Positions 32,176-44,700 of a stretch of DNA of 64,000 nt are shown here, in pieces. Every line of letters begins with the position of its first letter. Within the stretch, counting starts at the first letter, position 1. The notes beneath the pieces were generated by a model. It saw only the letters and a program-made list of their open reading frames with translations. It was not told the origin of the DNA and did not search any database. Position numbers and translations under genes: made by a program. This DNA comes from Eledone cirrhosa (Eukaryota). The DNA lies in contig OZ024749.1 of the NCBI GenBank assembly GCA_964016885.1, forward strand, positions 25,854,001 to 25,918,000, in the 5' to 3' direction.

Positions 32176-32575
32176 GATGGTGCCGTCGGTATAGTGTTAT
32201 TAATAGTGTTGGTATTGGTCGTAGTATTAATAATTGTGGTTTTTGTGAAGGTGGTGGTGGTGACGGTGATGGTGATGGTGGTGATGGTGGCGCGGGGGGG
32301 GGGGGTAGTGGTGGTGCTGGTGGTGGTGGTGGTGGTGGTGGTGGCGGTGGTGGTTTTGGTGTTGGTGGTGGTGGTGGTGATAGTGGTGTTGGTGTTGGTG
32401 TTGGTGGTGTTGGTGTTGGTGGTGGTAGTGGCGGCGGTGGTGGTGTTGGTGGTGGTAATATTATTGGTCATGTTACCACTGATGGTTGTGTTAGCTGTCT
32501 TCATAAAGATAGAGGAAGTCGCAGCCTGGGTATTCACTTTGATAGTGGTAATGGCGACAGCGATGACGTTAGTGC

Positions 32576-32623
<48 letters not shown>

Positions 32624-32700
32624 CGGTGGTGTTTTTGGTGATGGTGGCGGTGGTGGTGATGATAGTAGTAGTATCGGACATGTTAATACTGCTGCTGGTG

Positions 32701-35700
32701 TTATATTGATGGAGGAATTTGCAATATTGGTGATAACTGAGGTGGCGGTAATGGAAACACTGGTAGTGTGGGTGGTAACTGAGGTGGCGGTAATGGAAAC
32801 ACTGGTAGTGTGGGTGGTAACTGAGGTGGCGGTAATGGAAACAGGGGTAGTATTGGTGGTACCTGAGGTGGCGGTAATGGAAACAGGGGTAGTATTGGTG
32901 GTAACTGAGGTGGCGGTAATGGAAACAGGGGTAGTATTGGTGGTAACTGAGGTGGCGGTAATGGAAACAGGGGTAGTATTGGTGGTAACTGGGGTGGCGG
33001 TAATGGAAACACTGGTAGTATTGGTGGTAACTGAGGTGGCGGTAATGGAAACAGGGGTAGTATTGGTGGTAACTGAGGTGGCGGTAATGGAAACAGGGGT
33101 AGTATTGGTGGTAACTGGGGTGGCGGTAATGGAAACAGGGGTAGTATTGGTGGTAACTGGGGTGGCGGTAATGGAAACAGGGGTAGTATTGGTGGTAACT
33201 GAGGTGGCGGTAATGGAAACAGGGGTAGTATTGGTGGTAACTGGGGTGGCGGTAATGGAAACAGGGGTAGTATTGGTGGTAACTGGGGTGGCGGTAATGA
33301 AAACAGCGGTAGTATTGGTGGTAACTGGGGTGGCGGTAATGGAAACAGCGGTAGTATTGGTGGTAACTGGGGTGGCGGTAATGGAATCAGGGGTAGTATT
33401 GGTGGTAACTGAGGTGGCGGTAATGAAAACAGGGGTAGTATTGGTGGTAACTGAGGTGGCGGTAATGGAAACAGGGGTAGTATTGGTGGTAACTGAGGTG
33501 GCGGTAATGGAAACAGGGGTAGTATTGGTGGTAACTGAGGTGGCGGTAATGGAAACAGGGGTAGTATTGGTGGTAACTGAGGTGGCGGTAATGGAAACAG
33601 GGGTAGTATTGGTGGTAACTGAGGTGGCGGTAATGGAAACAGGGGTAGTATTGGTGGTAACTGAGGTGGCGGTAATGGAAACAGGGGTAGTATTGGTGGT
33701 AACTGAGGTGGCGGTAATGGAAACAGGGGTAGTATTGGTGGTAACTGAGGTGGCGGTAATGGAAACAGGGGTAGTATTGGTGGTAACTGGGGTGGCGGTA
33801 ATGGAAACACTGGTAGTATTGGTGGTAACTGAGGTGGCGGTAATGGAAACAGGGGTAGTATTGGTGGTAACTGGGGTGGCGGTAATGGAAACAGGGGTAG
33901 TATTGGTGGTAACTGAGGTGGCGGTAATGGAAACAGGGGTAGTATTGGTGGTAACTGAGGTGGCGGTAATGGAAACAGGGGTAGTATTGGTGGTAACTGA
34001 GGTGGCGGTAATGGAAACAGGGGTAGTATTGGTGGTAACTGAGGTGGCGGTAATGGAAACAGGGGTAGTATTGGTGGTAACTGAGGTGGCGGTAATGGAA
34101 ACAGGGGTAGTATTGGTGGTAACTGGGGTGGCGGTAATGGAAACACTGGTAGTATTGGTGGTAACTGAGGTGGCGGTAATGGAAACAGGGGTAGTATTGG
34201 TGGTAACTGGGGTGGCGGTAATGGAAACAGGGGTAGTATTGGTGGTAACTGAGGTGGCGGTAATGGAAACAGGGGTAGTATTGGTGGTAACTGAGGTGGC
34301 GGTAATGGAAACAGGGGTAGTATTGGTGGTAACTGAGGTGGCGGTAATGGAAACAGGGGTAGTATTGGTGGTAACTGAGGTGGCGGTAATGGAAACAGGG
34401 GTAGTATTGGTGGTAACTGGGGTGGCGGTAATGGAAACACTGGTAGTATTGGTGGTAACTGAGGTGGCGGTAATGGAAACAGGGATAGTATTGGTGGTAA
34501 CTGGGGTGGCGGTAATGGAAACAGGGGTAGTATTGGTGGTAACTGGGGTGGCGGTAATGGAAACAGGGGTAGTATTGGTGGTAACTGAGGTGGCGGTAAT
34601 GGAAACAGGGGTAGTATTGGTGGTAACTGGGGTGGCGGTAATGGAAACAGGGGTAGTATTGGTGGTAACTGGGGTGGCGGTAATGAAAACAGCGGTAGTA
34701 TTGGTGGTAACTGGGGTGGCGGTAATGGAAACAGCGGTAGTATTGGTGGTAACTGGGGTGGCGGTAATGGAATCAGGGGTAGTATTGGTGGTAACTGAGG
34801 TGGCGGTAATGAAAACAGGGGTAGTATTGGTGGTAACTGAGGTGGCGGTAATGGAAACAGGGGTAGTATTGGTGGTAACTGGGGTGGCGGTAATGGAAAC
34901 AGGGGTAGTATTGGTGGTACCTGAGGTGGCGGTAATGGAAACAGGGGTAGTATTGGTGGTACCTGAGGTGGCGGTAATGGAAACAGGGGTAGTATTGGTG
35001 GTAACTGAGGTGGCGGTAATGGAAACAGGGGTAGTATGGGTGGTAACTGAGGTGGCGGTAATGGAAACAGGGGTAGTATTGGTGGTAACTGAGGTGGCGG
35101 TAATGGAAACAGGAGTAGTATTGGTGGTAACTGGGGTGGCGGTAATGGAAACAGGGGTAGTATTGGTGGTACCTGAGGTGGCGGTAATGGAAACAGGGGT
35201 AGTATTGGTGGTAACTGAGGTGGCGGTAATGGAAACAGGGGTAGTATGGGTGGTAACTGAGGTGGCGGTAATGGAAACAGTGGAAGTATTGGTGGTAACT
35301 GAGGTGGCGGTAATGGAAACAGGGGTAGTATGGGTGGTAACTGGGGTGGCGGTAATGGAAACAGGGGTAGTATGGGTGGTAACTGGGGTGGCGGTAATGG
35401 AAACACTGGTAGTGTGGGTGGTAACTGAGGTGGCGGTAATGGAAACAGGGGTAGTATGGGTGGTAACTGGGGTGGCGGTAATGGAAACAGGGGTAGTATT
35501 GGTGGTAACTGAGGTGGCGGTAATGGAAACAGGGGTAGTATGGGTGGTAACTGGGGTGGCGGTAATGGAAACAGGGGTAGTATTGGTGGTAACTGAGGTG
35601 GCGGTAATGGAAACAGGGGTAGTATTGGTGGTAACTGAGGTGGCGGTAATGGAAACAGGGGTAGTATGGGTGGTAACTGAGGTGGCGGTAATGGAAACAG

Positions 35701-38700
35701 GGGTAGTATGGGTGGTAACTGAGGTGGCGGTAATGGAAACAGGGGTAGTATTGGTGGTAACTGAGGTGGCGGTAATGGAAACAGCGGTAGTATGGGTGGT
35801 AACTGAGGTGGCGGTAATGGAAACAGGGGTAGTATTGGTGGTATCTGAGGTGGCGGTAATGGAAACAGGGGTAGTATTGGTGGTATCTGAGGTGGCGGTA
35901 ATGGAAACAGGGGTAGTATTGGTGGTAACTGAGGTGGCGGTAATGGAAACAGGGGTAGTATGGGTGGTAACTGAGGTGGCGGTAATGGAAACAGGGGTAG
36001 TGTGGGTGGTAACTGAGGTGGCGGTAATGGAAACAGGGGTAGTGTGGGTGGTAACTGAGGTGGCGGTAATGGAAACACTGGTAGTGTGGGTGGTAACTGA
36101 GGTGGCGGTAATGGAAACAGGGGTAGTATTGGTGGTAACTGAGGTGGCGGTAATGGAAACACTGGTAGTATTGGTGGTAACTGAGGTGGCGGTAATGGAA
36201 ACAGTGGTAGTATGGGTGGTAACTGAGGTGGCGGTAATGGAAACAGGGGTAGTATTGGTGGTATCTGAGGTGGCGGTAATGGAAACAGTGGTAGTATTGG
36301 TGGTAACTGGGGTGGCGGTAATGGAAACAGGGGTAGTATTGGTGGTAACTGGGGTGGCGGTAATGGAAACAGGGGTAGTATTGGTGGTATCTGAGGTGGC
36401 GGTAATGGAAACAGTGGTAGTATTGGTGGTAACTGGGGTGGCGGTAATGGAAACAGGGGTAGTATTGGTGGTAACTGAGGTGGCGGTAATGGAAACAGGG
36501 GTAGTATTGGTGGTAACTGAGGTGGCGGTAATGGAAACAGGGGTAGTATTGGTGGTAACTGAGGTGGCGGTAATGGAAACAGGGGTAGTATTGGTGGTAA
36601 CTGAGGTGGCGGTAATGGAAACAGGGGTACTATTGGTGGTAACTGAGGTGGCTGTAATGGAAACACTGGTAGTATTGGTGGTAACTGAGGTGGCGGTAAT
36701 GGAAACAGGGGTAGTATTGGTGGTAACTGAGGTGGCGGTAATGGTAACAGTGGTAGTATTGGTGGTAACTGAGGTGGCGGTAATGGAAACAGTGGTAGCA
36801 TTGGTGGTAACTGAGGTGGCGGTAATGGAAACAGTGGTAGTATGGGTGGTAACTGAGGTGGCGGTAATGGAAACAGTGGTAGTATGGGTGGTAACTGAGG
36901 TGGCGGTAATGGAAACAGGGGTAGTATTGGTGGTAACTGAGGTGGCGGTAATGGAAACAGTGGTAGTATTGGTGGTAACTGAGGTGGCGGTAATGGAAAT
37001 AGGGGTAGTATTGGTGGTAACTGAGGTGGCGGTAATGGAAATAGGGGTAGTATGGGTGGTAACTGAGGTGGCGGTAATGGAAACAGGGGTAGAATGGGTG
37101 GTAACTGAGGTGGCGGTAATGGAAACAGGGGTAGTATGGGTGGTAACTGAGGTGGCGGTAATGGAAACAGGGGTAGTATGGGTGGTAACTGGGGTGGCGG
37201 TAATGGAAACACTGGTAGTATGGGTGGTAACTGAGGTGGCGGTAATGGAAACACTGGTAGTGTGGGTGGTAACTGAGGTGGCGGTAATGGAAACAGTGGT
37301 AGTATTGGTGGTAACTGGGGTGGCGGTAATGGAAACAGGGGTAGTATTGGTGGTAACTGAGGTGGCGGTAATGGAAACAGTGGTAGTATGGGTGGTAACT
37401 GAGGTGGAGGTAATGGAAACAGTGGTAGTATTGGTGGTAACTGAGGTGGCGGTAATGGAAACAGGGGTAGTATTGGTGGTAACTGAGGTGGCGGTAATGG
37501 AAACAGGGGTAGTATGGGTGGTAACTGAGGTGGCGGTAATGGAAACAGGGGTAGTATGGGTGGTAACTGAGGTGGCGGTAATGGAAACAGTGGTAGTATT
37601 GGTGGTAACTGAGGTGGCGGTAATGGAAACAGGGGTAGTATTGGTGGTAATTGAGGTGGCGGTAATGGAAACAGGGGTAGTATGGGTGGTAACTGAGGTG
37701 GCGGTAATGGAAACAGGGGTAGTATGGGTGGTAACTGAGGTGGCGGTAATGGAAACAGTGGTAGTATTGGTGGTAACTGGGGTGGCGGTAATGGAAACAG
37801 GGGTAGTATTGGTGGTAACTGGGGTGGCGGTAATGGAAACAGGGGTAGTATGGGTGGTAACTGAGGTGGCGGTAATGGAAACAGTGGTAGTATTGGTGGT
37901 AACTGAGGTGGCGGTAATGGAAACAGGGGTAGTATGGGTGGTAACTGAGGTGGCGGTAATGGAAACACTGGTAGTATGGGTGGTAACTGAGGTGGAGGTA
38001 ATGGAAACAGTGGTAGTATTGGTGGTAACTGAGGTGGCGGTAATGGAAACAGTGGTAGTATTGGTGGTAACTGGGGTGGCGGTAATGGAAACAGGGGTAG
38101 TATGGGTGGTAACTGAGGTGGCGGTAATGGAAACAGTGGTAGTATTGGTGGTAACTGAGGTGGCGGTAATGGAAACAGGGGTAGTATTGGTGGTAACTGA
38201 GGTGGCGGTAATGGAAACAGGGGTAGTATGGGTGGTAACTGAGGTGGCGGTAATGGAAACACTGGTAGTATTGGTGGTAACTGAGGTGGCGGTAATGGAA
38301 ACAGGGGTAGTATGGGTGGTAACTGAGGTGGCGGTAATGGAAACACTGGTAGTGTGGGTGGTAACTGAGGTGGCGGTAATGGAAACAGGGGTAGTATTGG
38401 TGGTAACTGAGGTGGCGGTAATGGAAATAGGGGTAGTATGGGTGGTAACTGAGGTGGCGGTAATGGAAACAGGGGTAGTATTGGTGGTAACTGGGGTGGC
38501 GGTAATGGAAACACTGGTAGTATTGGTGGTAACTGAGGTGGCGGTAATGGAAACAGGGGTAGTATTGGTGGTAATTGAGGTGGCGGTAATGGAAACAGCG
38601 GTAGTATTGGTGGTAACTGATGTGGCGGTAATGGAAACACTGGTAGTGTGGGTGGTAACTGAGGAGGCGGTAATAGAAACAGTGGTAGTATGGGTGGTAA

Positions 38701-41700
38701 CTGAGGTGGCGGTAATGGAAACAGCGGTAGTAATGGTGGTAACTGAGGTGGCGGTAATGGAAACAGCGGTAGTATGGGTGGTAACTGAGTGGCGGTAATG
38801 GAAACAGTGGTAGTATTGGTGGTAACTGGGGTGGCGGTAATGGAAACAGGGGTAGTAATGGTGGTAACTGAGGTGGCGGTAATGGAAACACTGGTAGTGT
38901 GGGTGGTAACTGAGGAGGCGGTAATGGAAACAGCGGTAGTATGGGTGGTAACTGAGGTGGCGGTAATGGAAACAGTGGTAGTAATGGTGGTAACTGAGGT
39001 GGCGGTAATGGAAACAGCGGTAGTATGGGTGGTAACTGGGGTGGCGGTAATGGAAACAGTGGTAGTATGGGTGGTAACTGAGGTGGCGGTAATGGAAACA
39101 GGGGTAGTATGGGTGGTAACTGGGGTGGCGGTAATGGAAACAGTGGTAGTATTGGTGGTAACTGAGGTGGCGGTAATGGAAACAGCGGTAGTAATGGTGG
39201 TAACTGAGGTGGCGGTAATGGAAACAGGGGTAGTATGGGTGGTAACTGAGGTGGCGGTAATGGAAACACTGGTAGTATGGGTGGTAACTGGGGTGGCGGT
39301 AATGGAAACAGCGGTAGTATGGGTGGTAACTGAGGTGGCGGTAATGGAAACAGGGGTAGTATTGGTGGTAACTGGGGTGGCGGTAATGGAAACAGCGGTA
39401 GTATGGGTGGTAACTGGGGTGGCGGTAATGGAAACAGCGGTAGTATGGGTGGTAACTGGGGTGGCGGTAATGGAAACAGGGGTAGTATGGGTGGTAACTG
39501 AGGTGGCGGTAATGGAAACAGGGGTAGTGTTGGTGGTAACTGGGGTGGCGGTAATGGAAACAGGGGTAGTATTGCTGGTAACTGAGGTGGCGGTAATGGA
39601 AATAGGGGTAGTATGGGTGGTAACTGGGGTGGCGGTAATGGAAACAGAGGAAGTATGGGTGGTAACTGAGGTGGCGGTAATGGAAACAGGGGTAGTATTG
39701 GTGGTAACTGAGGTGGCGGTAATGGAAACAGGGGTAGTATTGGTGGTAACTGGGGTGGCGGTAATGGAAACAGGGGTAGTATGGGTGGTAACTGGGGTGG
39801 CGGTAATGGAAACAGCGGTAGTATGGGTGGTAACTGAGGTGGCGGTAATGGAAACAGGGGTAGTATGGGTGGTAACTGAGGTGGCGGTAATGGAAACAGG
39901 GGTAGTACGGGTGGTAACTGAGGTGGCGGTAATGGAAACAGCGGTAGTATTGGTGGTAACTGAGGTGGCGGTAATGGAAACAGGGGTAGTATGGGTGGTA
40001 ACTGAGGTGGCGGTAATGGAAACAGGGGTAGTGTTGGTGGTAACTGGGGTGGCGGTAATGGAAACAGCGGTAGTATTGGTGGTAACTGAGGTGGCGGTAA
40101 TGGAAACAGGGGTAGTATGGGTGGTAACTGAGGTGGCGGTAATGGAAACAGCGGTAGTATGGGTGGTAACTGGGGTGGCGGTAATGGAAACAGCGGTAGT
40201 ATGGGTGGTAACTGGGGTGGCGGTAATGGAAACAGCGGTAGTATTGGTGGTAACTGAGGTGGCGGTAATGGAAACAGGGGTAGTATGGGTGGTAACTGAG
40301 GTGGCGGTAATGGAAACAGTGGTAGTATTGGTGGTAACTGAGGTGGCGGTAATGGAAACAGTGGTAGTATTGGCGGTAACTGGGGTGGCGGTAATGGAAA
40401 CAGGGGTAGTATTGGTGGTAACTGAGGTGGCGGTAATGGAAACAGGGGTAGTATGGGTGGTAACTGAGGTGGCGGTAATGGAAACAGTGGTAGTATTGGT
40501 GGTAACTGAGGTGGCGGTAATGGAAACAGTGGTAGTATTGGTGGTAACTGAGGTGCCGGTAATGGAAACAGTGGTAGTATTGGTGGTAACTGAGGTGGCG
40601 GTAATGGAAACAGGGGTAGTATGGGTGGTAACTGAGGTGGCGGTAATGGAAACAGGGGTAGTATGGGTGGTAACTGAGGTGGCGGTAATGGAAACAGTGG
40701 TAGTATTGGTGGTAACTGAGGTGGCGGTAATGGAAACAGGGGTAGTATGGGTGGTAACTGAGGTGGCGGTAATGGAAACAGTGGTAGTATCGGTGGTAAC
40801 TGAGGTGGCGGTAATGGAAACAGTGGTAGTATTGGTGGTAACTGAGGTGGCGGTAATGGAAACAGGGGTAGTATGGGTGGTAACTGAGGTGGCGGTAATG
40901 GAAACAGTGGTAGTATTGGTGGTAACTGAGGTGGCGGTAATGGAAACAGTGGTAGTATTGGTGGTAACTGAGGTGGCGGTAATGGAAACAGTGGTAGTAT
41001 GGGTGGTAACTGAGGTGGCGGTAATTGAAACAGGGGTAGTATTGGTGGTAATTGAGGTGGCGGTAATGGAAACAGGGGTAGTATTGGTGGTAATTGAGGT
41101 GGCGGTAATGGAAACAGGGGTAGTATGGGTGGTAACTGAGGTGGCGGTAATTGAAACAGCGGTAGTATTGGTGGTAATTGAGGTGGCGGTAATGGAAACA
41201 GGGGTAGTATGGGTGGTAACTGAGGTGGCGGTAATTGAAACAGGGGTAGTATGGGTGGTAACTGAGGTGGCGGTAATGGAAACAGGGGTAGTAAGGGTTG
41301 TAACTGAGGTGGCGGTAATTGAAACAGGGGTAGTATGGGTGGTAACTGAGGTGACGGTAATGGAAACAGGGGTAGTATGGGTGGTAACTGAGGTGGCGGT
41401 AATGGAAACAGTGGTAGTATTGGTGGTAACTGGGGTGGCGGTAATGGAAACAGGGGTAGTATTGGTGGTAACTGAGGTGGCGGTAATGGAAACAGTGGTA
41501 ATATTGGTGGTAACTGGGGTGGCGGTAATGGAAACAGGGGTAGTATTGGTGGTAACTGAGGTGGCGGTAATGGAAACAGTGGTAGTATTGGTGGTAACTG
41601 GGGTGGCGGTAATGGAAACAGGGGTAGTATTGGTGGTAACTGAGGTGGCGGTAATTGAAACAGGGGTAGTATTGGTGGTAACTGAGGTGGCGGTAATGGA

Positions 41701-44700
41701 AACAGTGGTAGTATGGGTGGTAACTGAGGTGGCGGTAATGGAAACAGGGGTAGTATGGGTGGTAACTAAGGTGGCGGTAATGGAAACAGCGGTAGTATGG
41801 GTGGTAACTAAGGTGGCGGTAATGGAAACAGCGGTAGTATTGGTGGTAACTGAGGTGGCGGTAATGGAAACAGGGGTAGTATGGGTGGTAACTAAGGTGG
41901 CAGTAATGGAAACAGCGGTAGTATGGGTGGTAACTGAGGTGGCGGTAATGGAAACACTGGTAGTATGGGTGGTAACTGAGGTGGCGGTAATGGAAACAGG
42001 CTTAGTATGGGTGGTAACTAAGGTGGCGGTAATGGAAACAGCGGTAGTATGGGTGGTAACTAAGGTGGCGGTAATGGAAACAGCGGTAGTATTGGTGGTA
42101 ACTGAGGTGGCGGTAATGGAAACAGGGGTAGTATTGGTGGTAACTGAGGTGGCGGTAATGGAAACAGCGGTAGTATGGGTGGTAACTGAGGTGGCGGTAA
42201 TGGAAACAGGGGTAGTATGGGTGGTAACTGAGGTGGCGGTAATGGAAACAGCGGTATTATGGGTGGTAACTGAGGTGGCGGTAATGGAAACAGGGGTAGT
42301 ATTGGTGGTAACTGAGGTGGCGGTAATGGAAATAGCGGTATTATGGGTGGTAACTGAGGTGGCGGTAATGGAAACAGGGGTAGTATTGGTGGTAACTGAG
42401 GTGGCGGTAATGGAAACAGCGGTAGTATGGGTGGTAACTGAGGTGGCGGTAATGGAAACAGCGGTAGTATGGGTGGTAACTGTGGTGGCGGTAATGGAAA
42501 CAGGGGTAGTATTGGTGGTAACTGAGGTGGCGGTAATGGAAACAGGGGTAGTATGGGTGGTAACTGAGGTGGCGGTAATGGAAACAGTGGTAGTATTGGT
42601 GGTAACTGAGGTGGCGGTAATGGAAACAGGGGTAGTATGGGTGGTAACTGAGGTGGCGGTAATGGAAACAGGGGTAGTATGGGTGGTAACTAAGGTGGCG
42701 GTAATGGAAACAGCGGTAGTATGGGTGGTAACTAAGGTGGCAGTAATGGAAACAGCGGTAGTATGGGTGGTAACTGAGGTGGCGGTAATGGAAACACTGG
42801 TAGTATGGGTGGTAACTGAGGTGGCGGTAATGGAAACAGGCGTAGTATGGGTGGTAACTAAGGTGGCGGTAATGGAAACAGCGGTAGTATGGGTGGTAAC
42901 TAAGGTGGCGGTAATGGAAACAGCGGTAGTATTGGTGGTAACTGAGGTGGCGGTAATGGAAACAGGGGTAGTATTGGTGGTAACTGAGGTGGCGGTAATG
43001 GAAACAGCGGTAGTATGGGTGGTAACTGAGGTGGCGGTAATGGAAACAGGGGTAGTATGGGTGGTAACTGAGGTGGCGGTAATGGAAACAGGGGTAGTAT
43101 GGGTGGTAACTAAGGTGGCAGTAATGGAAACAGCGGTAGTATGGGTGGTAACTGAGGTGGCGGTAATGGAAACACTGGTAGTATGGGTGGTAACTGAGGT
43201 GGCGGTAATGGAAACAGGCGTAGTATGGGTGGTAACTAAGGTGGCGGTAATGGAAACAGCGGTAGTATGGGTGGTAACTAAGGTGGCGGTAATGGAAACA
43301 GCGGTAGTATTGGTGGTAACTGAGGTGGCGGTAATGGAAACAGGGGTAGTATTGGTGGCAACTGAGGTGGCGGTAATGGAAACAGCGGTAGTATGGGTGG
43401 TAACTGAGGTGGCGGTAATGGAAACAGGGGTAGTATGGGTGGTAACTGAGGTGGCGGTAATGGAAACAGCGGTATTATGGGTGGTAACTGAGGTGGCGGT
43501 AATGGAAACAGGGGTAGTATTGGTGGTAACTGAGGTGGCGGTAATGGAAACAGCGGTAGTATGGGTGGTAACTGAGGTGGCGGTAATGGAAACAGCGGTA
43601 GTATGGGTGGTAACTGTGGTGGCGGTAATGGAAACAGGGGTAGTATTGGTGGTAACTGAGGTGGCGGTAATGGAAACAGGGGTAGTGTGGGTGGTAACTG
43701 AGGTGGCGGTAATGGAAACAGTGGTAGTATTGGTGGTAACTGAGGTGGCGGTAATGGAAACAGGGGTAGTATGGGTGGTAACTGAGGTGGCGGTAATGGA
43801 AACAGGGGTAGTATGGGTGGTAACTAAGGTGGCGGTAATGGAAACAGCGGTAGTATGGGTGGTAACTAAGGTGGCGGTAATGGAAACAGCGGTAGTATGG
43901 GTGGTAACTAAGGTGGCGGTAATGGAAACAGCGGTAGTATTGGTGGTAACTGAGGTGGCGGTAATGGAAACAGGGGTAGTATGGGTGGTAACTGAGGTGG
44001 CGGTAATGGAAACAGTGGTAGTATGGGTGGTAACTGAGGTGGCGGTAATGGAAACAGGGGTAGTATGGGTGGTAACTGAGGTGGCGGTAATGGAAACAGC
44101 GGTAGTATTGGTGGTAACTGAGGTGGCGGTAATGGAAACAGGGGTAGTATGGGTGGTAACTGAGGTGGCGGTAATGGAAACAGTGGTAGTATTGGTGGTA
44201 ACTGAGGTGGCGGTAATGGAAACAGGGGTAGTATTGGTGGTAACTAAGGTGGCGGTAATGGAAACAGCGGTAGTATTGGTGGTAACTGAGGTGGCGGTAA
44301 TGGAAACAGGGGTAGTATTGGTGGTAACTGAGGTGGCGGTAATGGAAACAGGGGTAGTATGGGTGGTAACTGAGGTGGCGGTAATGGAAACAGGGGTAGT
44401 ATTGGTGGTAACTGAGGTGGCGGTAATGGAAACAGGGGTAGTATGGGTGGTAACTGAGGTGGCGGTAATGGAAACAGGGGTAGTATTGGTGGTAACTAAG
44501 GTGGCGGTAATGGAAACAGCGGTAGTATGGGTGGTAACTAAGGTGGCGGTAATGGAAACAGCGGTAGTATTGGTGGTAACTGAGGTGGCGGTAATGGAAA
44601 CAGGGGTAGTATGGGTGGTAACTGAGGTGGCGGTAATGGAAACAGGGGTAGTATTGGTGGTAACTGAGGGGGCGGTAATGGAAACAGGGGTAGTATGGGT

